A DNA stretch of 32,000 nt from Idiomarina seosinensis (GTDB taxonomy: Bacteria > Pseudomonadota > Gammaproteobacteria > Enterobacterales > Alteromonadaceae), in NCBI RefSeq assembly GCF_003987275.1, contig NZ_PIQF01000003.1, forward strand, positions 77,315-109,314, in the 5' to 3' direction. Made by a program: the position numbers and the translations under genes. The notes beneath the pieces are model-generated. The model was not told the DNA's origin and did not search any database. It saw only the letters and a list, made by a program, of their open reading frames with translations. Positions 1-10,247 of this stretch are shown here, piece after piece. The first letter of the stretch is position 1. Each line of letters starts with the position of its first letter.

Positions 1-1
1 G

Positions 2-61
2 GCAATTGAACAGAAGTACCGTTTTTTTAGTTATGGTGACGCGATGCTTTTATCGCGCTAA
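2..61 (+). CDS. queA: S-adenosylmethionine:tRNA ribosyltransferase-isomerase, C-terminal fragment (5' end lies outside the window)
   Basis: Frame 2 reads AIEQKYRFFSYGDAMLLSR then TAA at 59-61. The EQKYRFFSYGDAM string matches the conserved QueA C-terminus as I recall it from E. coli. It sits directly upstream of tgt, as in the queA-tgt operon. Confidence 0.6.
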   Translation, partial: AIEQKYRFFSYGDAMLLSR

Positions 62-78
62 CAACACAAAAGTTATGA

Positions 79-2606
<2,528 letters not shown>

Positions 2607-2710
2607 TATCGCATCCTTTCTTGCTGATTTTAGATCAGTTTCAGTTTACAGAATAATAGACTGTTTACCCAAAGGGGATAATTTCTAAGGCCATCTAATA
2701 GCCTCAGTGG

Positions 2711-2725
2711 CGTCACTTGACGTCA
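2711..2725. promoter_or_regulatory. Overlapping perfect palindromes (CGTCA-ct-TGACG and TGACGTCA) in the divergent kinase/PilZ intergenic region; candidate operator
   Basis: Read directly: cgtcacttgacgtca at 2711-2725. It lies within the 173-bp spacer between the two divergent start codons. Confidence 0.3.
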
Positions 2726-2779
2726 ATAAATGAATATTAGCAATGCATCTTAACAAATGCCAAAATTGAGCTATTCTAA

Positions 2780-3541
2780 ATGGCAAAGCTAATAACAATA
2801 ATTATTATGTCGGATCATGCGCACAAGCTTATAGACTCAGGTTACAACCAGATCGTCGAACTGCAGAAGTCGGGTTCCGATGCGCAGGGCGCTGGTCAAA
2901 CATCGTTGCATTTAACCCTTATTGGTCAGCATTATCCGGATTACTTGATCTTGGAGTTGCCCTGTTATTATCGCTGGCAGGACGTGCTGCCAGAATTGCG
3001 AGCCAGCGACAAATTGATTATGCGGACGATTTCTCAGCAGGGTGAGGTAATCGCCGGTTATGTAAATCTGGTGCATGCAACACAGTTCCCCGATAAATTG
3101 CTGTTTGTCTCCTACCCACAACAAATGCAGTCCAAGCCGCTAAGAAAAACACCGCGAATGGCAATAGACGTTAGTGGTCAGCTGATGCTGGGTGATGAAG
3201 ACGGCCCAATGATCAACGGCTATTTAAAAGATATCTCTGCCAATGGGTTTGGTTTTGATTGTGAAGGGATACTGCCGTGTATCGAAGCCGAGTTAATAGC
3301 ACAGCAGCCGGTGTTAAATATTCAGTTTAGTGACGACGAACACGAGTCTTTCGCGGTAAAAATACGGGCTGTAGAAAAGCGCGGGCCAAAGCAATGGCGA
3401 ATCGGTTTAGAGAGTGATTTAACCGACGAAGACAGAATAGAGTTGATGCATCGATTACTGCTTAATTCGCTGCCTGTTATTCGGCTAAAACAGGTGCAGC
3501 GATCAGAACGATCAAATTCGGATAATGCTTTACAAGACTAA
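2780..3541 (+). CDS. PilZ domain c-di-GMP receptor with YcgR-like two-domain architecture
   Basis: 253 aa. The C-terminal half carries both PilZ signature motifs: RxxxR (LRKTPRMAI) and D/NxSxxG (LKDISANGFGF). The N-terminal domain of about 120 aa and the overall length resemble YcgR-type proteins. The start is uncertain (ATG 2780 or ATG 2807), and neither has a clear SD. Confidence 0.8.
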   Translation: MAKLITIIIMSDHAHKLIDSGYNQIVELQKSGSDAQGAGQTSLHLTLIGQHYPDYLILELPCYYRWQDVLPELRASDKLIMRTISQQGEVIAGYVNLVHATQFPDKLLFVSYPQQMQSKPLRKTPRMAIDVSGQLMLGDEDGPMINGYLKDISANGFGFDCEGILPCIEAELIAQQPVLNIQFSDDEHESFAVKIRAVEKRGPKQWRIGLESDLTDEDRIELMHRLLLNSLPVIRLKQVQRSERSNSDNALQD

Positions 3542-3606
3542 TCTGACTCGGTACAATTCAGCACTAATTAAACCCGATGTGGTTAAATTTTAACCAAAAC
3601 AGATAA

Positions 3607-3843
<237 letters not shown>

Positions 3844-3922
3844 GCTAGCGACCGAAAGAGCGAATCCTTTCGCATAATGACAATGACTTGCTAAATTTGG
3901 TCTTGTACTGAAAGCCGTGTCG

Positions 3923-3948
3923 GAAAGCCGTCGCGGCTTTCTTGTTTT
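3923..3948 (+). terminator. Intrinsic terminator/attenuator between rpsU and dnaG
   Basis: The 8-bp stem gaaagccg (3923-3930) pairs with cggctttc (3934-3941) around a 3-nt loop, followed by ttgtttt. The position corresponds to the partial terminator known in the E. coli rpsU-dnaG-rpoD operon. Confidence 0.7.
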
Positions 3949-3993
3949 CGGGAACTCGTATTTGCTAAGCGCAGCTAAAAGGCTATAGGTGGT

Positions 3994-5739
3994 ATGTCCG
4001 GACTTATTCCAAAATCATTTATTCACGATCTGTTAGATCGAGCGGATATTATTGAAGTGGTTGATAGTCGCGTCGCGCTTAAAAAAGCCGGCAGAAATCA
4101 TCAAGCCTGCTGTCCATTCCATAACGAAAAAACACCATCTTTTACGGTCAGCCAGGACAAGCAGTTTTATCATTGCTTTGGCTGTGGTGAGCATGGCAAT
4201 GCTATCGACTTTTTAATGAAGTACGATGGTCTTGATTTTCCCGACGCGGTGGAAGAACTGGCCAGCCTTATGGGCTTAGATGTGCCCCGCGAGCAAACGA
4301 GCAATCCCCAACAAAGTCAGCAACGCCAGCAGCAATTGCGTGATGATGCCGAACTGATGGCGCAGTGTACTAAGTATTTTCAGCATCAGTTAAAGCATCA
4401 TAGTGACTCTGCCAAAGCCATCAATTACTTAAAGCAACGCGGTTTGAGTGGCGAAACAGTCAAGCGTTTTCAAATTGGCTATGCCAGTAGTGATTGGGAC
4501 GGCATTTTAAAAACTTTCGCGAAAAACGACCAACAACGTCAGCAACTGGTCGACTTAAAGCTGGTAAATCGCAACGATAACGGACGCCACTATGACTTTT
4601 TCCGCGATCGCATCATGTTCCCAATTCATGACCGTCGCGGTCGAGTGGTCGGATTCGGTGGCCGGGTCATTGATTCGGATGGCCCCAAATACCTGAACTC
4701 TCCGGAAACTCGACTGTTTCATAAAGGTCATGAGCTATATGGTTTTTGGCAGTTACAGCAAAAACGACAAAAACCCGCTCAGGTAGTTATCGTAGAAGGT
4801 TACATGGATGTCGTCGGGTTGGCGCAAGCTGGCATCGATTATTCGGTCGCATCTTTAGGTACCGCCACCACCACAGAACAACTTCAGCGGTTGTTCAGAA
4901 CAACCTCTAAAGTCGTGTGTTGCTACGACGGTGACAGAGCCGGGCGTGACGCTGCCTGGCGAGCTCTGGAAAATGCATTGCCGTTGTTAAAAGATGGCGT
5001 CGATATGCGTTTTCTGTTCCTGCCAGACGGACAAGATCCAGACTCGCTGGTCCGTGAGCAAGGCGCTAAAGAATTCGAGAAAAAGCTAGGTGAATCAGTT
5101 TCATTTATTGACTACTTCTTTGAACATTTGTTGGCCGATATCGATCCAAGTTCGGAAACGGGCCGTTCACAGTTGTTAAGCCAGGCAAAACCGAAAATTG
5201 AAAAAGTGGCCAGTGATTTTTATCGCGAAGCATTAATGGAAAAGTTAGCGGAGTGGTTGCGCCGCGAGAAATCACAACTTGATCGTTACGTTGATAAGCC
5301 CAAACAAAACCGGTTTGTGCCGCAAAACGTAAAAATGACTCCGTTAAGAAAAGCAATAGCGCTGTTGCTGCAGTACCCGAAACTTGGAAAAACAGTGCCG
5401 CTAAGGGAAGAGTTAGGGCAGTTAAAGCTAGCAGGAATTGACTTGTTCATGCAGCTGCACAAGCAAACGTCCGAGCGCCCGATGACGACAGCGCAAATTT
5501 TGGAAGGCTGGCGCGACAGCGATTATCATCAGGCGCTTGAAAAGTTAGCGATGTGGGATCATCAACTCGATGATGAACATATTGCAGCTGAATTTAACGA
5601 TATTTTTGTTTTTCTGATTGATCAATATGTTGAACAACGAGCAAATGACTTGCTCAAAAAAGAGCAGGATCAACAACTTAACAAGACAGAAAAACAGGAA
5701 TTATTGATGCTGTTACAGCATCTTAGAAAAAAACAGTAA
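3994..5739 (+). CDS. dnaG: DNA primase
   Basis: 581 aa. It has the CHC2 zinc finger CCPFHNEKTPSFTVSQDKQFYHCFGCGEHG, TOPRIM motifs (VEGYMDV, YDGDRAGRDAA) and a C-terminal helicase-binding region. AGGTGG SD sits upstream. Confidence 0.97.
   Translation: MSGLIPKSFIHDLLDRADIIEVVDSRVALKKAGRNHQACCPFHNEKTPSFTVSQDKQFYHCFGCGEHGNAIDFLMKYDGLDFPDAVEELASLMGLDVPREQTSNPQQSQQRQQQLRDDAELMAQCTKYFQHQLKHHSDSAKAINYLKQRGLSGETVKRFQIGYASSDWDGILKTFAKNDQQRQQLVDLKLVNRNDNGRHYDFFRDRIMFPIHDRRGRVVGFGGRVIDSDGPKYLNSPETRLFHKGHELYGFWQLQQKRQKPAQVVIVEGYMDVVGLAQAGIDYSVASLGTATTTEQLQRLFRTTSKVVCCYDGDRAGRDAAWRALENALPLLKDGVDMRFLFLPDGQDPDSLVREQGAKEFEKKLGESVSFIDYFFEHLLADIDPSSETGRSQLLSQAKPKIEKVASDFYREALMEKLAEWLRREKSQLDRYVDKPKQNRFVPQNVKMTPLRKAIALLLQYPKLGKTVPLREELGQLKLAGIDLFMQLHKQTSERPMTTAQILEGWRDSDYHQALEKLAMWDHQLDDEHIAAEFNDIFVFLIDQYVEQRANDLLKKEQDQQLNKTEKQELLMLLQHLRKKQ
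5536..5564 (+). promoter_or_regulatory. Candidate sigma-32 (heat-shock) promoter for rpoD embedded in the dnaG 3' coding region
   Basis: CTTGAAAA (5536-5543) is followed by gttagc and then GATGTGGGATCATC. This parallels the E. coli rpoD Phs sequence as I recall it (CCCTTGAAAAACTGTCGATGTGGGACGATAT). Caveat: the same nucleotides encode the conserved peptide LEKLAMWD, so the conservation may be protein-driven. Confidence 0.35.
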
Positions 5740-5873
5740 CACTGGCAAAGTAAGCGTTTTACTGGCTTAAAAGCCAGCAATCTGTTATACTTTCTGGTCA
5801 TTTTGGGTATTCTCATTTGGTTTCTCATTGAGCAAATTCTCACTGAGTAAGTAACAACGGGTGGAACGTCTGT

Positions 5874-7712
5874 ATGCAGCAGAGTCGGCAATCGCAACTT
5901 AAGGTCCTTATTGCGAAAGGCAAAGAACAAGGGTTTTTAACATTCGCTGAGGTCAATGACCATTTACCTCAGGAAATTGTTGATTCCGATCAGATCGAAG
6001 ATATTATCCGCATGATTAACGACATGGGGATCCGTGTGTTCGAAAGCGCACCGGATGCCGATGATCTAATGATGGCAGAAAGTGCCGCGGATGAAGACGC
6101 AGCGGAAGAAGCCGCCCAGGCGCTGGCCTCGGTCGATAGTGAGATTGGCCGCACGACCGATCCAGTGCGTATGTACATGCGCGAAATGGGTACGGTAGAA
6201 CTGCTAACCCGTGAAGGTGAAATCGATATCGCCAAGCGTATCGAAGAAGGTATCAACCAGGTTCAGTGCTCCGTAGCTGAATACCCCGAAGCGATTAACT
6301 TCTTACTCGATCAGTGGGACTCGTACGAAGCAGAAGAACTTCGTTTAACGGACATTATTGTTGGATTTATTGATCCCGACGAAGTGGACGAAGCGCCGGT
6401 CAGCGCGACACATATTGGTTCAGAGCTGCCAGAAGAAGAGCTGGAAGAAGACAATAAAGCCGATGCCGATGACGCTGACGACGATGAAGAAACAGATACT
6501 GGTATCGATCCAGAGTTTGCGCGCGCCAAATTTACCGAGCTGCGCGACCAATATGACATCACCCGCAAGGCGATAACTGCGCACGGGCGTGACCATGCAA
6601 AAGCGCGCGCAGAAATTGATAAGCTCAGCGATCTATTCAAGCAATTCCGACTGGTTCCTAAACAGTTCGACCGCTTGGTTAAAGATATGCGCGATATGAT
6701 GCATCGGGTGCGCGTACAGGAACGCTTAGTCATGAAAGCCAGCGTCGAGCAGGCGGGTATGCCAAAGAGAACTTTCATGAAAGCGTTCTCGGGCAATGAA
6801 AACTCGCTGGCCTGGGTTGATGTACACGTTGCAGCTGACGAGAGTTACTCAGCCGCGCTCGATGACATCAAGCCTGAAATTGAACGCTGTGTCGGAAAGC
6901 TATTAGAAGTTGAGCGTGAAACTGGCTTAACCATTGCAAAAGTTAAAGACATTAACCGTCGCATGTCGATTGGCGAAGCTAAAGCTCGCCGCGCCAAAAA
7001 GGAAATGGTAGAAGCGAACTTACGACTGGTTATTTCGATCGCTAAGAAGTACACCAATCGTGGCTTGCAGTTCCTCGACCTGATTCAGGAAGGTAACATC
7101 GGCTTAATGAAAGCGGTGGATAAGTTTGAATACCGCCGTGGTTATAAGTTCTCAACCTACGCCACATGGTGGATTCGTCAGGCGATCACGCGGTCGATTG
7201 CCGATCAGGCGCGGACTATCCGTATTCCGGTACACATGATCGAGACGATCAATAAACTGAACCGTATCTCGCGTCAAATGTTGCAGGAAATGGGTCGTGA
7301 GCCGTTGCCAGAAGAACTGGCAGAACGGATGATGATGCCGGAAGATAAAATCCGCAAGGTGCTTAAAATAGCCAAAGAACCGATTTCTATGGAAACCCCA
7401 ATCGGTGATGATGAAGATTCGCACCTGGGCGACTTTATTGAAGATAACACGCTAGACTTGCCGATCGATTCAGCCACGTCTGAAAGCTTACGCAACTCTG
7501 TGCGTGAAGTGCTTGGTGGCCTGACTGCCCGAGAAGCAAAAGTATTACGCATGCGGTTTGGTATCGACATGAATACCGACCACACGCTAGAAGAAGTTGG
7601 TAAGCAATTTGATGTTACTCGGGAACGGATTCGTCAGATTGAGGCAAAAGCATTACGTAAATTACGTCATCCAAGCCGCTCTGAGCAGCTAAAATCCTTC
7701 TTGGATGAATAA
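5874..7712 (+). CDS. rpoD: RNA polymerase primary sigma factor sigma-70
   Basis: 612 aa. It has region 1.1, an acidic non-conserved region, region 2 ([31 protein letters not shown]), region 3 and region 4.2 ([30 protein letters not shown]). Confidence 0.98.
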   Translation: MQQSRQSQLKVLIAKGKEQGFLTFAEVNDHLPQEIVDSDQIEDIIRMINDMGIRVFESAPDADDLMMAESAADEDAAEEAAQALASVDSEIGRTTDPVRMYMREMGTVELLTREGEIDIAKRIEEGINQVQCSVAEYPEAINFLLDQWDSYEAEELRLTDIIVGFIDPDEVDEAPVSATHIGSELPEEELEEDNKADADDADDDEETDTGIDPEFARAKFTELRDQYDITRKAITAHGRDHAKARAEIDKLSDLFKQFRLVPKQFDRLVKDMRDMMHRVRVQERLVMKASVEQAGMPKRTFMKAFSGNENSLAWVDVHVAADESYSAALDDIKPEIERCVGKLLEVERETGLTIAKVKDINRRMSIGEAKARRAKKEMVEANLRLVISIAKKYTNRGLQFLDLIQEGNIGLMKAVDKFEYRRGYKFSTYATWWIRQAITRSIADQARTIRIPVHMIETINKLNRISRQMLQEMGREPLPEELAERMMMPEDKIRKVLKIAKEPISMETPIGDDEDSHLGDFIEDNTLDLPIDSATSESLRNSVREVLGGLTAREAKVLRMRFGIDMNTDHTLEEVGKQFDVTRERIRQIEAKALRKLRHPSRSEQLKSFLDE

Positions 7713-7739
7713 AGACTGGATGAATAACTTACGATCCTT

Positions 7740-7767
7740 GGCCAGATGCGTTAATCTGGCCATTATT
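7740..7767 (+). terminator. Intrinsic terminator downstream of rpoD
   Basis: The 8-bp stem ggccagat (7740-7747) pairs with atctggcc (7754-7761) around a 6-nt loop, followed by attatt. It begins 28 nt after the rpoD stop. Confidence 0.6.
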
Positions 7768-7790
7768 GGAATTAATGGTGAGGAGGCAGC

Positions 7791-8567
7791 ATGGGAATGA
7801 ACCGTGATAATTGGCCAAAGCGGATAATTGATTCACATCTACATATTTATGATGATCAGTTTCCGTTGATTGAAAACCAAGGACACATCCCAGAGCCTTT
7901 TTATATCGACGATTACCGTAAATTGGTAACAGGCATGCCCGTAGAGGGTGGCGTTATAGTATCCGGGTCATTTCAGGGCTTCGAACAACGTTACCTAAAA
8001 GCCGCTCTGGAAAATCTTGGCGACAACTACGTGGGCGTTACACAGTTACCAGGTAGTATCAGCGACGAAAAAATAATGCAGTTAAACGAGCATCGTATTC
8101 GTGGTGTTCGGGTTAACCTAAAACGAGGTGTTCACCGCGACATCGACGGTATCGTCGAATTTGGTCAGCGCATTTGGGACTTAGCCGGCTGGCACCTGGA
8201 AATCTATGTCGATAGCCGCGAACTTGACGATATGGTTCCGACCTTATTGAAGTTACCAAAGCTCAGTGTTGATCATCTGGGTATGGCAAAATCTGGCTTG
8301 TCGCAGGTACGTCGACTGGCCGAAGCTGGTGTTAAAATTAAGGCCAGCGGCTTTGGTCGTACCGAAGTTAATGTCGCAGACGCCGTTAAAAGTTTGTACA
8401 AGGCAAACCCCGACTGCTTAATGTTTGGCACCGATCTTCCCGGGACACGAAGCAATCGCTCATTTGAGCCAAGCGATATTAGTATGATGGTAAAAGCACT
8501 CGATGATGACGATGCCGTCGATAAAGTGTTCTACCAAAATGCTCAAGAGTTTTATAAACTGCCTTAA
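7791..8567 (+). CDS. Amidohydrolase-2 family metal-dependent hydrolase (TIM barrel)
   Basis: 258 aa. The N-terminal IDSHLHIYD metal-binding HxH motif and later DHLG and GTDLPG motifs are typical of amidohydrolase family 2. A strong GAGGAGG SD lies 4 nt upstream of ATG 7791. Confidence 0.75.
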   Translation: MGMNRDNWPKRIIDSHLHIYDDQFPLIENQGHIPEPFYIDDYRKLVTGMPVEGGVIVSGSFQGFEQRYLKAALENLGDNYVGVTQLPGSISDEKIMQLNEHRIRGVRVNLKRGVHRDIDGIVEFGQRIWDLAGWHLEIYVDSRELDDMVPTLLKLPKLSVDHLGMAKSGLSQVRRLAEAGVKIKASGFGRTEVNVADAVKSLYKANPDCLMFGTDLPGTRSNRSFEPSDISMMVKALDDDDAVDKVFYQNAQEFYKLP

Positions 8568-8596
8568 TTGGCCGTCACTAATAAGAGTGGTACTGG

Positions 8597-9997
8597 GTGT
8601 CAGCACTGTCTTCCCATACAAAATTAAATAGATGGATGGCGATGATTTTCATCGCCATTGCTATTTTAGGGCTTGCCGTCTCCTTTTGGTTTTCGGCCAG
8701 TCAGACCATCTCCCATCAGTCTGAAAAGCTAGCTTCTGCATGCGGTAAAATAGACAAAGAAGTTGCCCAACTATTTCCCAGTAATGACTTCCGGCAAGTA
8801 AGAGTCGGTAATCCCGATTTACTACAACAACAAATGTATCGGGTAACATCGACAATGTCCGGCACCGAAGGTGGCTTCTGGCATATCAACAGCAAGTTTT
8901 TTGGTTACTCATTTCCTACCTATTTGGGCAACGATATAAAAAGTGGCGTTCCCGAAGCAGAAAAAACGTTACTAAGCTCTTTAGCGCAACGCAGCCTCGA
9001 ACAGCGACAAATCACTTTGTCGGTGCAGCGTAATGATAGCAACGCTCTTATCGGTGTGGCCTGTCCGGTAACAACGCATGAGGGGCTATCGGCCTGGCTG
9101 ATGCAACGTACCAGCCTGGTACCTCTGTCTTATACGCTATTATCCGTTGGCCTATTTTCCATCATTCTGGTGCTGTCGGTTATTAGCTTAAGCCGCACCA
9201 TCGTGTTTGAGCGCAGTTGGTATAGCGAACGCGACCGCCTGGTGAAACAAGCCGAAGATGAAACTAAGCCAGTTCCGGTCACGTCTGGTATTAACGAGAT
9301 TCAGCCGTTACTGATGCTGCTGTATCAATCGCGGCAAAAACGGATTAACTTGGAACGATCGATTTCTTCTTTGGAAGCCAAGTTAAGCCGAAACCATGAA
9401 CTTTCAGTCGTGGCCCGCTTAGCAACGTCACTGGCGAGAGAGCTCCAGTTGCGCTTAAAAGCTGCAAATACAGACAACAAAGAGTTAGTAATTGAGCAGA
9501 TTCAGCAGTTGCTGCATTCTTATATAAATCTGGATCTGCGCCATCGTAGTCACAGCGGTGCCGAACAAATTAATGTGAAAGACTGGCTTCAACAAGTGGC
9601 GAGCTATCATCAGCATAATTCAGCCGGAGATCAGCAGTCGATCAATGCAATATGCACCGAAGATTTAGTACTCGAGCAAAACTATTTGTTACTGCGCTAC
9701 GCCGTCGATGTGTTTATCATGCAAGCTGTTACCTTTGGTCCCAAGCATGGCGAAGTATTGCTGAAGGCTATTGAGCGTGACAACAAGTTAATTATCGAGA
9801 TTGTCGACGAGAGTGAAGGCCTGACTAAAGACGAAGAGCGGCGGATGTTCCGACAAGACGACGTGCTGCCAGAAGCCTATGGAAAAGGCTTGAAACCCGT
9901 TCGAGATGCACTGCAAAGTATCGGTGCAGAGGTCAGTTATCAAGCAGATGGCGAAAACTCTCGATTTATCTTGCAGATACCGATGACAAGCGACTAA
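8597..9997 (+). CDS. Sensor histidine-kinase-like membrane protein with a divergent catalytic domain
   Basis: 466 aa, GTG start. Two TM segments (aa ~14-33 and ~175-197) bracket a periplasmic region of about 140 aa. A coiled coil follows, then a DHp-like LSRNHELSVVARLATSLAREL segment. The C-terminal GHKL-like fold has LIIEIVDESEGL (G1-like) and YGKGLKPV (G2-like). The expected N-box asparagines are not evident (DVFIMQAVTF). Confidence 0.6.
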   Translation: MSALSSHTKLNRWMAMIFIAIAILGLAVSFWFSASQTISHQSEKLASACGKIDKEVAQLFPSNDFRQVRVGNPDLLQQQMYRVTSTMSGTEGGFWHINSKFFGYSFPTYLGNDIKSGVPEAEKTLLSSLAQRSLEQRQITLSVQRNDSNALIGVACPVTTHEGLSAWLMQRTSLVPLSYTLLSVGLFSIILVLSVISLSRTIVFERSWYSERDRLVKQAEDETKPVPVTSGINEIQPLLMLLYQSRQKRINLERSISSLEAKLSRNHELSVVARLATSLARELQLRLKAANTDNKELVIEQIQQLLHSYINLDLRHRSHSGAEQINVKDWLQQVASYHQHNSAGDQQSINAICTEDLVLEQNYLLLRYAVDVFIMQAVTFGPKHGEVLLKAIERDNKLIIEIVDESEGLTKDEERRMFRQDDVLPEAYGKGLKPVRDALQSIGAEVSYQADGENSRFILQIPMTSD

Positions 9998-10011
9998 AAA
10001 GTTCGTATAAT
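9983..10011 (+). promoter_or_regulatory. Near-consensus sigma-70 promoter for the tRNA gene
   Basis: ATGACA (9983-9988), a 17-nt spacer, then TATAAT (10006-10011), followed by a GC-rich discriminator ttgcgccgc. The -35 lies inside the last codons of the upstream CDS. The mature tRNA 5' end is about 35 nt downstream. Confidence 0.55.
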
Positions 10012-10045
10012 TTGCGCCGCTTTTCAAGCAATCCAACCTGTATAT

Positions 10046-10121
10046 GGCCCCTTAGCTCAGTGGTTAGAGCACCCGACTCATAATCGGTTGGTCCGCAGTT
10101 CAAATCTGCGAGGGGCCACCA
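10046..10121 (+). tRNA. ileX: tRNA with CAU anticodon, most likely the lysidine-modified tRNA-Ile2
   Basis: 76 nt: GGCCCCTTAGCTCAGTGGTTAGAGCACCCGACTCATAATCGG...GGGGCCACCA with encoded CCA. The acceptor stem is 7 bp (GGCCCCT/AGGGGCC) and the anticodon loop is CTCATAA. The 5' half matches my recollection of E. coli ileX, which also lies just downstream of rpoD. An elongator tRNA-Met cannot be fully excluded by eye. Confidence 0.85.
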
Positions 10122-10247
10122 TTTTTAAGGGCTATTTCTGAATAGCCACCACCAACTTAGATTCCTTTATAACCTTACCGTTTTATCAATTATCTTCTAC
10201 ACTTATGTTAAGTTTTAACAGTTAACTTTAACCAACGGCTAGTTTTA

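Noticed and set aside
6311-6796. A 161-aa ORF on the minus strand inside rpoD, rich in Ser, Ala and Arg.
   Set aside because: It lies fully antisense to the well-supported rpoD CDS, across the acidic GA(A/T/C)-rich spacer region, which naturally leaves an open Ser-rich antisense frame. It has no start context and no recognisable motif.
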